A stretch of DNA of 64,000 nucleotides, taken from assembly GCF_000372725.1 (NCBI RefSeq), contig NW_005202368.1, positions 92,045 through 156,044 of the forward strand, given 5' to 3'. Position 1 is the first letter of the stretch; each line of letters begins with the position of its first letter. Below are positions 1 through 10,773 of the stretch, piece by piece. The stretch is from Emiliania huxleyi CCMP1516. Its lineage: Eukaryota. A model generated the notes under the pieces. The model ran no database searches, was not told the DNA's origin, and saw nothing but the letters and a program-made list of their open reading frames with translations. A program made the position numbers and the translations under genes.

Positions 1-61
1 AAAAAGAAAAGTAGAAAAGAGGGAATTAAAAAGGAACCCACCTCTCACCCCTCTTACTGGC

Positions 62-283
62 TCAGCATCCTTGCAGGTCTCGCAGCAGTACTCTTTTGCC
101 TTCCGCGTGGGAGCAGTAGCCAATATTGGCCAAACCTTCGCAGCTTTCCACACCACCCAGTTCCAGCAGGGAAGCTGCGCCCTTAACCGTCGCCGGGGGA
201 GTGTCGATGCACTCCATGCCCGTTGCAAAGGCGCTGACGACGCCAATGAGCGCAAAGGGAACGAGCCGAACGAACAGCTTCAT
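62..283 (-). CDS. Small secreted Cys-rich protein, PLAC/ShK-like; apparent 1-bp frameshift near the C-terminus
   Basis: ATG at 283 begins a hydrophobic signal peptide (MKLFVRLVPFALIGVVSA), followed by CIDT...SCEGLANIGYCSHAE. An alternative frame continues KEYCCETCKD, giving the CCxTC terminus typical of PLAC-like domains. Confidence 0.55.
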   Translation of the reverse strand: MKLFVRLVPFALIGVVSAFATGMECIDTPPATVKGAASLLELGGVESCEGLANIGYCSHAEGKRVLLRDLQGC

Positions 284-720
284 ATCTGTGCAGCGGCGCG
301 TGGGGGGCGTTGCGGCGTGGGCAGGCTGGCGAGCGGCGCTCCGCTCGCGGCGCGGAGAGCGTGCGGGAATTTCGGGGCGGGCGTGGCAATCCATCGGGAG
401 GATTGGACTGCGTGGAGCAGGTAGGGGCATGTGGCGCGGCAGGGGCGCTGGTGTGCTGCGAGGCGTGCGTCGCTGACGCCCACCGATCAACCTCGTTTTG
501 CTGCGCGATATCGGCGAAACTCACAGCGCCCGCCGAGGACCTCCACCCACCCAGGACGCTACTCAAGTTGAGGCGCCCTCCGAGGGGAGCCTCCACAGGA
601 GAAAGGGACCGCGTCGGTATGTTGGTGTCCAGTCCGAGCCTGGCTGTTCTTGCCCTCGATGCATACATACACGTAGAGAGAGAGACCCTCTCCCTTTTCT
701 CCCAGTAAGCTAAAAGCAGC

Positions 721-761
721 AGTCCTCCTCCGGGAATGTACGTAAGAGCTACATACACTGA
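721..761 (+). repeat. Dispersed ~41-bp repeat C; inverted copy at 21765-21806
   Basis: agtcctcctccgggaatgtacgtaagagctacatacactga matches the reverse complement of 21765-21806 with 2 substitutions and 1 indel. Confidence 0.8.
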
Positions 762-1206
762 AAAGTACGTACACGTACATACCGGTCCATACACCAGGGC
801 TTACACACGGACTGCACAGGCATGGCGCGAAGTTTTCTTCTTGTCTGCGACTAGCCGGATCTAGGGGGGGTCTTCTGTTGCCGCTGTGTGCGGTGCCCTC
901 GGTCTCCCGACATTCACGTACCTACCTGCCTACCGACCCCAGGCGCAGCAAAGCGAACAACGCTCGAACACGAAGTCCCCCCCTGTTGATGGTTCGATCC
1001 TCCCCAGAGTCGAACTGGCAGCCACTCGCACCGAGGAGGCGAGGTGTGGCTACGTGACCCGAAAGGCCAGAGTCGAGAGCAACCCTCGAGCTGGGTCGCT
1101 CATAGAGCTCTATACTCACACACCCCCCCCCCGGGGTCCCTTGGGTGCGCGCTCCCTCGTGCCTGGCGAGCCACCCCTGCTCTGCTCCCTCGTTGTCAGA
1201 GCTACA

Positions 1207-1824
1207 ATGGCGAAGAAACGACGTCGCGATCCAGACGACGCCGGTGGCAGCAGTTCTCGAGGCCCTCCCGTGGCTACCACCTCGGGCCGGCTCGGCGGTG
1301 GCGCTGGCGCGTCCGACGATTGGCAGACCGCTCGGAGATCTTGGGCGGCGATAGCTGAGGTGCTCGGTCCGGCAGCGCGCGAGAAGCGGATCTGGATGCC
1401 CTTCTACTACGACGGAGCGTGCGCCGAGCACCTGCGTGAGCTCGGTTTCACGCGCGTGCACCACAAGCGGGAGGACTTCTTCGTGCAGGTGCGCAACCCA
1501 AAGTTCCTCAAAAAGGTTGATCTGATCCTCGACAACCCGCCCTACACCTCGCCAGAGATGAAGGAGGCGGTGCTACGCGCGCTAGCCTCGACAGGCAAGC
1601 CGTTCGTCATGCTGCTGCCCATCTCGGTGCTGCACGTCGGCTTTGCGCGCGAGGTGCTGGACACGGACAAGCTGCAGGCAGTCGTGCCGCGGCGGGTGTA
1701 CGTGCGCAAGACGGGCGGCGAGGAGGTGCCCTTCAAGTACCTCTGCTGGCTTTGTTGTGGCGTCCGGCTCAAGCGCGACCTGATACTCATCGACGACGAT
1801 GACGATGCGGCGGCGGCGGACTGA
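1207..1824 (+). CDS. N6-adenine (or N4-cytosine) methyltransferase, small phage/giant-virus type, intronless, with N-terminal NLS
   Basis: Motifs DDWQT, IWMPFYYDG (SAM-binding motif I), EDFF, DLILDNPPY (catalytic motif IV) and KPFVMLLP. N-terminus is MAKKRRR. Confidence 0.8.
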   Translation: MAKKRRRDPDDAGGSSSRGPPVATTSGRLGGGAGASDDWQTARRSWAAIAEVLGPAAREKRIWMPFYYDGACAEHLRELGFTRVHHKREDFFVQVRNPKFLKKVDLILDNPPYTSPEMKEAVLRALASTGKPFVMLLPISVLHVGFAREVLDTDKLQAVVPRRVYVRKTGGEEVPFKYLCWLCCGVRLKRDLILIDDDDDAAAAD

Positions 1825-2234
1825 CAGATTAACTTTGGCGTTTTGGCGACCGCGAGACAGTCAGAAGGAAGGAGTGGAGAGATTTAACAGGACGTTCTAA
1901 AAGTACGCCTTCTTCTGCACACACGCAACAGTACAAGTAGCGTGCCCGGAGAGGCAAAAGGCCCACTCCCACACGAGCACATCAACGGTGGAAATTCTCA
2001 AATGTCAAAACGCCGGGAACCCGGACCCGCGGCGCGCGGGCGGAGCGCTTAGAGGGGCGAGAGAACCGAGAAGGCACAAGCGGAGAAGCACGGGAGCGGC
2101 TGGGCCGCGAGCGCGCGACCGCAGCGGCGCGTACTATAAGTACTATAGGTCGTACGTTAGTCCGTATTGGTATTCGCGAGTTCGCCACGCCGGCCTGCAG
2201 CTGCACGCGCGGACACGGCCTGCACGCTCTCGCG

Positions 2235-3631
2235 TCACGCCGCCTTGGTCTCCCTCTCCGGCACCAGGGTGCCAGCACAACCCAGCTCGGTGAGCTTCTT
2301 CCACGCGAGTGCCGCATCGCGGCGGAACTCGCTGCGGTGACTATCGTAATGTAGCAGATGACGCCGGTACTCCTGCGGAAGAGGGAGGAGGGAAGTGGGT
2401 CGTTAATGACTGGTGGGCCATCAAGACGAATAGAAAAGAATCGCAGCGGAAAAATCTCGAGCAGACCTCGTCGTACCACAGGCACATGTCGCTCACCAGC
2501 ATCATGAACGGCTCGCCCCCGCCAAAGTCCATCTCGTACTGGCGCTGGTTGCGCGCCGCCAGAACGCCAGGGCTCAGCCGATAACCACCACGCGCGACGC
2601 CGTGCGTGTACGCCGACGGGTACCCCAGCCCCCTCTCATAGCAGTTCCAATGCGTCGGGTCAAAGGCGTACCTGATGAACGGGTCCACACGCTGGTGCGG
2701 GGTATCCCTATGCTGGGGTAGTCTTGAACATCTCTAGCACTCGCGCCATGCGCCCTCGAAGCCAGAGGCGTCGCCGTGGCAGCGGCCGTACTGATGGCCG
2801 AGGACAATGAGTGCGACTGTCTCCTTATCATCAAATCCGAGCCGATCAAACGTGCCCCGCATCGCATCGATCGTCGGACTTTCTTTCTCCGCCATCGAAG
2901 CCGACGCCGCGCACCCCTCCCGCGGCCCCAAATCGGCCGCTGGCAGCCGGCTGCCTTTAGGGTTGTGCTTGCCATCGCCAAACGGGCACCCAGTCGCGCC
3001 GTGTATCGCCCGCGCCTCTTCGACACCAAAGTCGCGCCGTCCGTACGAGAATGGCACGGCCGGACCACCAGTGTGCTCGATGGCGACGTGGCCTGCGAGA
3101 ATGATAATGTCTGCCATCGAGAGTGCCGGAAAGAGTGCCTTGACAGCCTACGATACGATGGGCTTCGTGACGGCTATCCAACGCTACGTCCTGGCCACGA
3201 GATGCGTGCCTCCACCAGCGCGTGAGCCTTACTGAACCCTGCATTCTCTGGGTCGGCGCGCTCGGTCTCGAAACGCATCGTCCCTCCATTGGAGCCGCCG
3301 GTGCGTGTGTGCCGATCGTACGTCCCGCTCGCGTGCCACGCGTACCTGAGGGTGGCCAGTGTGGATGCCGTACTGTATGCTCAACTCACCGCAGCTGGTG
3401 CCAGGCGTGCCGGATCAACAGCGGAGCGAGGGACCCATCGTCATGCGAGGGATCGACGAGGCGGCGGGCGATCTCGGCTCGCACCTGTGACACGAAAAGC
3501 GGGATTGCGCCGCCGCTGAACGAATGCTCGGGTTGTGCACTCGGGTTGGTGAGTGTGGAGCGCACTTTCGCAAGGTCGGTGGGCGGCGATGGAGGCGTCA
3601 CGGATGGAGAGGCTTCTGCCGATTCGTCCAT
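2235..3631 (-). CDS. Class I heme peroxidase (ascorbate/cytochrome c peroxidase family), multi-exon with GC-AG introns
   Basis: Spliced translation gives LLIRYAWHASGTYD..TGGSNGGTMRF, ENAGF, LSMADIIILAGHVAIEHTGGP, GRRD, RLPAA, proximal LGHQYGRCH, SGFEGAW, MMLVSDMCL and AWKKLTELGC. Stop at 2235-2237. Confidence 0.9.
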
Positions 3632-3740
3632 GGGCGCGACGGTGGACGGGCGGATACTTTAGCGGGATACTACCGAGATCGGCGCTTGCGCGGATTTGCG
3701 TGGCTGCCGCCAGGACCTCCGGCTGCTTCCGAGAGGAAGG

Positions 3741-4745
3741 ATGGGAGTCGACTTGCTCGGCGTCGGTGCTCCCATTGCCGGCATCTTCACCTCCAACGCC
3801 CTCTACGCAGCCCCTCTTCCTGCCGTGCTCTCGCGCGAGCGGATCGGTGACCTGGGCCCGCTCAATCCGCTCCCAGGTGTTTGCAGACGGAGAGGGAGGA
3901 GAGTAGGGAGATAAGATAGGCAATTCCCAGCAGCTCCAACCACGCTCATCTCCCTGACTCCTGCAGCAACCTTCGTTGTCCTGTCCACTCTCGCCTGGGT
4001 CTTTTACGGCCTGATAATTCAGAACCCTTTCTTGGTTGCAAGCAATGCACCCGGCAGCCTCGCCGCCATTGGAGCGCTCGTCGTGATGCTGCCCATGATG
4101 AAGGGCCATCCCAGCCTTCGGAGCGTCCAAGGTCTCCTCCTTGTCGGTTGCCTCATCAACTTCTGTCTCTGGACGTACTTTGTCTTTTCGGGCATGTCCT
4201 CTGAGGACTTTGGCGCGCTACTCGGCATCTATGCCGCCGGCTTCTGTATTATCCTCTTCGCTTCGCCGCTCTCGACCATCACGCCGACGCCCTAGATTCA
4301 TATGCATGTAGAGATCTACTCCTCAATGCTCCCGCTAGCCTGACCGGTACGTTTCCTGCTCATTGATGCTTCTGGACACCAGGACCGTTATCTCCACGCG
4401 CGACGCCGGCTCGATCCTCGCGAGCATGACGGCGTTCCAGGTGATCAACTGCAGCCTTTGGAGCGCGTATGGCGTGTTCTCAATCAACGACCCCGCCGTG
4501 TACGGGCCCAATATTACCGGCCTCGCACTTGCGGCTCGTTTTCAGTGGTCGACATCATATGTCATATGCCTAGGCTGTGAACAGGCCTTGCGCTTGGGCT
4601 CGTGCAGCTCGCGCTCAAGATCATCTTCCCGTCGAAGCCGGCGCCGCCCGACGAGGAGGTCGCGGCCAAGGACGTGTACGCGCGTACCTCCTCCTTCTCT
4701 ATGAAGCACCGGAGCTCTTCGGTGCGTAGCGTGGCGCTTGTCTAG
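3741..4745 (+). CDS. SWEET: SWEET (MtN3/saliva) sugar transporter, multi-exon
   Basis: Two MtN3 repeats: YAAPLP...GDLGPLNPLP...WVFYG...SNAPG and FASPLSTI..VISTRDAGSI...NCSLWSAYG...YGPNITGLALGLVQLAL. Head-to-head with the peroxidase, about 110 bp apart. Confidence 0.9.
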
Positions 4746-5163
4746 CGGGACAATTCTCTTCACAGCGTGGAGAGCGGGTAATGTAGAGTGACGAGAGGCC
4801 TTTTGCGCTGAACACAACAGCTCAGAGCTCCACTTTCTCTCTGTACTCTGGCGGCGCACGACACAACACGACACACAACATCAACAAACGACGCTCGACG
4901 GCTATTCGCAGCTACGGCTTAAACGAACGGGGGTGTATTTACTCGCACACACCACACACGTCTCTCACACTCACGTGAACACCAAAAAACACCACAGAAG
5001 AGTGTCTCAAAAACCGTCACTTTTTTCTCGTTCCGATGCTTGCTCGATTGGGTGCGTTCTCACACGTGACGGTCCACGCGCCACGCCTTGATGTCCAGTC
5101 GCTAAGGCGAGAAAGGTACACAGAGTCAAGCTCAAGACTCTCACAGTCCAACATGCTACACAA

Positions 5164-6312
5164 CTAAGAAGCGTTCGCACCCACGCGCCCACTTGTTCCC
5201 CACCAGGAGGCCCACCAGCCGCCGGCCGCTCCTCCGTCGGGCGGCTCCGACAGGATGGCGCCCGCGCCGCGGTGGTAAAAGTCGAGCGGCGGCTGCGGCA
5301 CGGCGGAGGGGACGTCGCGGTACGTCACGGGCGGGAGTGGGCGGCCGTGCAGCGCGAGGGAGGCCCAGGCGGCGGCGTGGTGCAGCTCGGCGGTGGAGGT
5401 GGTGTAGTGGTCGAGGCCTGTCGACGGCCGGGTGAGGTGGAGAGAGGGCGGCGGAGGCGAGTCGGAGGCGAGTCGGAAGGCGTGAGACACGAGGTGGGCC
5501 AGCGGAGAGGTGTGTGGAGAGGGCGGCGCCTGGCTCGACATGCGAAAAGAGTCGAAAGCCAACGTCTGCGAGCCGCTTGAAGCACTTGTGCTGGAAGCGG
5601 GGCGCGTACTCCTGGTCGAACTCTGCCGTGAACACGTAGACCGGAAGCCGATCGGCGAGGGCGGGCGGCGCGGGCGTTACGTCGAGCAGGATGGAGCAGA
5701 GGGAGAAGAGGGCGGCGAGCGGCTTCGGGTAGGTCAGGGCCGCGTGGATGGCGACCGTGCCTCCCTGCGAGTTGCCTCCGATGGCGACGCGAGAAGGGTC
5801 GCCGCCGAGCGACGCCACCTCGGCGTCGAGCAGCCGGTGCACGGCCTGCTCACGGCTCGGAGAGCTGAGAACGGTGCGCTCCCGCAGCGGTTTTTGCACT
5901 GCGAGCGTCTCGCCTGCGTCATCTGCTTCAGGTGCGTGCGGTTGATCTCGTCGTGGCGCATCGAGCCGCCGCGCGCGGTGTAGTAGTCGTACCACGCACG
6001 CACGCCGGACTCAGGTCCTTGAGGCCAGGAGATGGTCCGGACCGGCGACGACGGGAAGATGAAGCGCGTGCCCGACGCGTTGCCACCGAGCGCCGTCAGA
6101 ATCTGCGGCAAGCGCTGAAACATCCGGCCGTCGCAGTGCATGCCTACGGACAAGCGACATCTCACGAATCTACGAGTCTCGACAAGCAACATCTCACGCA
6201 AACTACGAGTCTCGGCGGGAAGCATGTGCGCGGCACCGTGAAGTAGGATGAGGCTGTGCGAGTGCACTGCAGTGGGCTCGATGATGACGATGGGCGCCCG
6301 CAGCAATGCCAT
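5164..6312 (-). CDS. Phospholipase/carboxylesterase (acyl-protein thioesterase-like alpha/beta hydrolase), multi-exon
   Basis: LILLHG, RFIFP, RAWYD, nucleophile motif GNSQGG, candidate Asp (EFDQE) and His (GLDH). Confidence 0.85.
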
Positions 6313-6454
6313 GGCCGGAATGTGTTGCATTCACGCGCGTGAGGTCGACACACACACAACTGCCTGTCAGTCCGCTCAATTGCTCAGGGACGGCGCCTTG
6401 CTTCGCGACAAAGCAGCGAAGAAAAAAGATTCGGTATCGAAACAAAGACCAAGA

Positions 6455-7861
6455 CTAGGCCTCCTGGCGAGCCTCCACCGATTGGACCCCGAGCCCTTTC
6501 TCTCTCGCCCAGAGCAGCAGGAGCTCGCGGACTTTGCGCAGCTCGTTCATCGTCAGATCGGCGCCGCCTGTCAGCGCGAGCGTGCCCCGCACCGTCCGCA
6601 CCTCGAGCAGCCCAGATTCGACGCCGTTGATGATGTGCGTCACCGTCAAGTGCAGCGACTCCTCAAGGCTGCCGGCCGACACGTCGCTCCACGGCACAAA
6701 GGCGCACGTCGAAGTCCGAAAGAGGTCGAAGTACTCCGCGAGGGTGGACCTCTCGTTCTCGACCTGGATGCCGCCTTCGTGAAGGGCGAGCGTCGAGCGA
6801 TGGAGGAGAGCGCGCAGGGTGTTGGCGAGCAGTGACGCGCCCACGTGCCAAAACGGGCATGAGAAGAGGGTGAAGAGGAGGGGGGCGTCCGCACGCAGCG
6901 CGCTGCCCGTCCACAGCGTGGTGAACCCGAGGACGACGAGGCTCGCAAAGTTGTCCCCAGAGAAGAGGCTACCGTGGGGCATGTCCAGTCGCAACCCGTG
7001 AGCCGCCGCCAGCGTCTTGTACTGCTCGACCATGGTGCTGAAGGTCACGCCGGGGGCGGAAACGGTGACGTACCTGCCGGCGCTGCGGCTCCACACAGCG
7101 CCGTCGCCAGCGTTGGTATGCGCCTCCGTGATCAGCGAACCGCCGCGGGCGCTATCGGAAGCTTCAGCCGAGGGAGTTTGCAGCACGGAGATCTGCAGGC
7201 GGCTCGACAAGCCAGGCGTCGAAGTAGAAGGTTTGGCGCCGAAGAAAAACGGCTTCTGCCGGCCCGCATCGTCGATCCACAGTATCCTGGCGGCTATGAT
7301 GCCGTGAGCGGTGGGCTCTCGCCCACTGATTTTGCCATATGGGCTTGCGTTGCACGAATCGTCGCTCGGTGGCTGCGCGCTGCCAACTGCAATACTGACG
7401 AGCTCAGCGCTGATGTTGACGCCCAGCCCCGATGAGATTGCCGTGATGACGCAAGCGAGTATGGCACACGTCTTCGAGCTCAGGCCGGGAAAACGACGCG
7501 CGGCCGCCAGCAGCTGCTGCGGGTTGCGATCAGACTGGGGTGGGTCAAAGATGATCCGCCTCCCTTGAGGGATGTCATCTCGCGAGCGCCAGCCTTGCGG
7601 CGTGTAATCCAAGTGCTCGCCGAGCCAGCTGGCAACCTCCCTGCGCTTGTCCCAGTTCGTGTAGAGCACGTCTGACCGGATAGGAGTGTTCGTGAGTGGA
7701 TCGCGCCGCTCACCGGCCTGCCGCCAGAATGTGAGGATGGCGCCTCGCTCGTACGTGGTGCCCGCCTCTGGCACGAAGACCGGATCGCGGAAGATGACTT
7801 GCGTGATGGGGCAGCAGAGGTTCGGCGGCTCGTCCGGCGTCTCATTTCGCGGTGGTTCCAT
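6455..7861 (-). CDS. U-box protein with predicted transmembrane segments
   Basis: N-terminal U-box (LCCPITQVIFRDPV...GTTYERGAI...DPLTN...N). Hydrophobic segments CAILACVITAISSGLGV and SLVVLGFTTLW/LLFTLFSCPFWHVG. Confidence 0.8.
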   Translation of the reverse strand: MEPPRNETPDEPPNLCCPITQVIFRDPVFVPEAGTTYERGAILTFWRQAGERRDPLTNTPIRSDVLYTNWDKRREVASWLGEHLDYTPQGWRSRDDIPQGRRIIFDPPQSDRNPQQLLAAARRFPGLSSKTCAILACVITAISSGLGVNISAELVSIAVGSAQPPSDDSCNASPYGKISGREPTAHGIIAARILWIDDAGRQKPFFFGAKPSTSTPGLSSRLQISVLQTPSAEASDSARGGSLITEAHTNAGDGAVWSRSAGRYVTVSAPGVTFSTMVEQYKTLAAAHGLRLDMPHGSLFSGDNFASLVVLGFTTLWTGSALRADAPLLFTLFSCPFWHVGASLLANTLRALLHRSTLALHEGGIQVENERSTLAEYFDLFRTSTCAFVPWSDVSAGSLEESLHLTVTHIINGVESGLLEVRTVRGTLALTGGADLTMNELRKVRELLLLWAREKGLGVQSVEARQEA

Positions 7862-7945
7862 TCGCTGCGACCAAGCTGTGCTAAGGCGACCCCGACGCGT
7901 CCTGCCATGGTAAAGAATAAACACATCAAGCAGCAGCGGGAGCGT

Positions 7946-8029
7946 CTCCTTAAAATCCCTGTGTGGTGGCGGCGTGCCGTCCCCCCATCCCTCCCTTGGG
8001 TTCTCCGTTTTCTTTTCTTTCTATTTTTA
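7946..8029 (+). mobile_element. Retroposon family A, 5'-truncated copy with T-rich tail
   Basis: Core ctccttaaaatccctgtgtggtggcggcgtgccgt shared with the other copies; flanked by direct repeat GGAGCGT (7939-7945, 8030-8036). Confidence 0.75.
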
Positions 8030-8366
8030 GGAGCGTGAGCGCCAGAGAGAAGGCAAAAGGCATGACAAGCAAAGACTCTCTCTAACGCCGCGGTCAAAAG
8101 AGACCGACGGACCTTGAATTTCGGCGGACGCCGAAATTCACACAAGACTGTGAACACACCCACAGGACGCCAAGTACAAGACAACAGGAAGGGAGTGTAC
8201 TCAGGCAGTCAGGGACGGATGAGTCAGAACATACTAAAGAGCACCTAAAGGAGCAAGGCATACAGCTGTGAAGTGGTCTCTCCACTGACACCCCCTCGTC
8301 GTAGGCACTCTGTGGTGTTCAGGTAGCCCCGTAGGACATTAAAAAATCTGTGTGCTCCTCTTGGCA

Positions 8367-9281
8367 TTAGTTCGTGGCAACTGCGTACCGTTCTACCAGC
8401 AGCAGCTCCTCGGCCGGTATCGGCCTTCCGAGCGGCGCAAAGTAGCGTTCGCCGAGCACGTCGATCGACACGTCAGACAACACCTTCGGGAAGGTACTCG
8501 TGCTCTTGAGGAAGGCAGCAAAGTCGGCCTGCGACCAGCCGCTGATCCATGGCTCGCTCACCCTGGCGGCCAAGCTGACGAGGAGGCCCACCTTCTTCTC
8601 GGGGGCTGGATAGCCCGACCCACACACCTTTGCCGGGGCGTCGTACGTGTTCTGGTCAACGTATGACACAACGATTCGCGAACCACGGCCGCACAGCTTG
8701 CCAAGGCTCTTCAGGGTGCTCGATGTCGCCGTCTTGGATATGTACTGCGTCACACCCTCGAGCAGGAAGACTGACTTCGCCGCGGGGTCGAAGCCGGGAC
8801 AGCGTTTGAGCTCCGTCTCTAAGCTGTCCACAGTAAAGTCCACTGGAACGAAGCTCACTGCGTCGAGCGCGAGACCGGGCACCCCGGCAAGCCTGGCTTT
8901 CTTCAAAGCTTGCACATCGGGCTGGTCCACCTCGAACACTTTCACCGTCTTCGGCAGCGGTAAGCGCCAGCCGCGTGCGTCGTAGCCAGCTCCCAGCATG
9001 ACAAATTGTGTCGCGCCGGCCATCACTGCGGCCATCACTTCCTCATCAAAGTGGCGCGTACGAGCGATCAGCAATTGATGGACTCCTGGAAGAATCTTGT
9101 CACCCAGCCAGACGTTGCAAGGCCCACCCATGCACTTGATCACGGATGCGCCCGGGACAAAGTACTCTGCGTACGGATCTGTCACCACTCGCTCGGCCTC
9201 CGGCATACAAGTCTCGATCAGCCGTTGCTTCGCCACGCCCATCGCTGTTTTGTCGGACGCGGGCATCTTCTTGTCGCTCAT
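8367..9281 (-). CDS. SAM-dependent methyltransferase, leucine carboxyl methyltransferase (LCM)-like, bacterial style, intronless
   Basis: TAMGVA..R, DPYA, ARTRHFD, QFVMLGAGYDARGWRL, VFEVDQP, VPVDF and FLLEGVTQY motifs. Confidence 0.88.
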   Translation of the reverse strand: MSDKKMPASDKTAMGVAKQRLIETCMPEAERVVTDPYAEYFVPGASVIKCMGGPCNVWLGDKILPGVHQLLIARTRHFDEEVMAAVMAGATQFVMLGAGYDARGWRLPLPKTVKVFEVDQPDVQALKKARLAGVPGLALDAVSFVPVDFTVDSLETELKRCPGFDPAAKSVFLLEGVTQYISKTATSSTLKSLGKLCGRGSRIVVSYVDQNTYDAPAKVCGSGYPAPEKKVGLLVSLAARVSEPWISGWSQADFAAFLKSTSTFPKVLSDVSIDVLGERYFAPLGRPIPAEELLLVERYAVATN

Positions 9282-9446
9282 GCTCGTGTGTGCGCGCCGC
9301 ACACTACCCGACTACCCGGTACTAGGCGACGAAAGATAAAGAATTCGCGATTCACGCGCGACAGGCGAGGCGCGGGCGACGGCTTGGCCCGACCACAGGA
9401 TAAAGAAACCCCCGCGCCGCCAAGTTCGCGTGCTCCAAGTCGCAAG

Positions 9447-9607
9447 AATCGGAGAGAGACTGCGAAGAGAGATAGGAAGAGGCAGACTCCCTAGGGTGGG
9501 CGACGGCTAGCGCACCACACACCTCTCCTTAAAATCCCTGTGTGTGGTGGCGGCGTGCCGTCCTCCCATCCCTCCCTTGGGTTGTCTGTTTTCTTTCTTT
9601 CTTTCTT
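9447..9607 (+). mobile_element. Retroposon family A (SINE or LINE 3' end) with (TTTC)n tail and 13-bp TSD
   Basis: TCCAAGTCGCAAG at 9434-9446 and 9608-9620 flanks the element, which is homologous to the copies at 7946, 31750 and 54413. Confidence 0.9.
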
Positions 9608-9802
9608 TCCAAGTCGCAAGTGCACCGCCACACTAGAGACTAACTCGGACGCGAGTTGCGGCAAGAGCATGACCCAAGAGACTAAATAATGAAGAACCAA
9701 GGGCGCAGACAGAAAGAAAGAACACGGTCACGGCACACACCGTGGGCCTCCTCCAGACAAGTGCTTTCAAGAGAGACAGAGAGTCCAGGGCCGATGTACG
9801 TG

Positions 9803-9986
9803 GCCAGCGGTAGCTCGCTGCGCGCTGGCCTGCGCGCGCCGCCTCGCTCGCGAGTTCGTGTCGCGCGCCCATCTACCCCATCTAGCTAATCCAGCACAGA
9901 CGCAACGCCACCGAGCGCCAGCGGTCAGCTCGCTGTGCGCGCCGGCCTGCACGCGCCGCCTCGCTCGCGAATTCGTGTCGCGCGCC
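9803..9986 (+). repeat. Two diverged ~70-bp direct repeats 3' of the ABM-like gene
   Basis: gccagcggt(c)agctcgctg...gcgccgcctcgctcgcga(g/a)ttcgtgtcgcgcgcc occurs at about 9803-9870 and 9916-9986. Confidence 0.75.
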
Positions 9987-9996
9987 ACCGCTCCGC

Positions 9997-10773
9997 TCAG
10001 CGCATTGAGCGGATCACGTCCGCCATCATGCACGTGGCGACCGAGTGCTTCTCGACGACCGCCTGGAAGCGCGCGAAGAGCGGCGCGTTCGCCTGGCCGG
10101 CCGCCATGTGCGCGTCGCAGCCCTCCTGCCCCTTGTAGATCTCGGTGAGCGAGAATTGCACCTTGGGCTCACTCCCCTTGGAGGGGTCGAAGGGGTCCTT
10201 GAACTGCGCACTCTTCGTCCACACAAAGTAGAGCGGCGAAGGCTCAGCACCGCTGCCGTTGGGCGTGTGCGTCTCCTCCATAAAGGCGGCGTGGTCGGCG
10301 GCGAAAGCGTCCATCTCCTTCTCGGCGTCGGAGCCCTCGTCGACGTTGAAGTGCAGCTGGAACATCTTCTTGTCGCAGTCGACCGCTGCCATTCCCTCCA
10401 CCATCGAATCCTTCATCGTGTGGATGACCGGCGCGAATGTCACCCACGAGTTGGCGTGCTTGCCGACGATGGCGCCAAACTCCTCAAGGAGCTGTGGCGC
10501 CTTCGCCGAAGCAACGACGAGGTGCTCGGTGCATCCCTTCGCGCCACGGTAGCACTCGTGCAGCCCGTACAGCGTGCTCTCCTCACCAGCCGACTTGCAC
10601 CACGTGAACACCATTGCGTGAGGCTCGGAGTCGCCGCCCGGCTGGTGCGTCTCGCGCATGAACGCCTCGTGCTTTGCCAGCAGCTGCTCGAACACGCCCA
10701 CCTCCGCGTTGGGTACCTTACACGTGATCGCGTGCACCTGGCAGCCCGGCTTGAGCGCACCCGTTGATGACAT
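9997..10773 (-). CDS. Internally duplicated protein, probably a dimeric alpha+beta barrel (ABM-like), intronless
   Basis: Two homologous halves: HEAFMRETH..EP...TWCKSA...LHECYRGAKGCTEH and HAAFMEETH..EP...VWTKSA...LTEIYKGQEGCDAH. Confidence 0.65.
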   Translation of the reverse strand: MSSTGALKPGCQVHAITCKVPNAEVGVFEQLLAKHEAFMRETHQPGGDSEPHAMVFTWCKSAGEESTLYGLHECYRGAKGCTEHLVVASAKAPQLLEEFGAIVGKHANSWVTFAPVIHTMKDSMVEGMAAVDCDKKMFQLHFNVDEGSDAEKEMDAFAADHAAFMEETHTPNGSGAEPSPLYFVWTKSAQFKDPFDPSKGSEPKVQFSLTEIYKGQEGCDAHMAAGQANAPLFARFQAVVEKHSVATCMMADVIRSMR

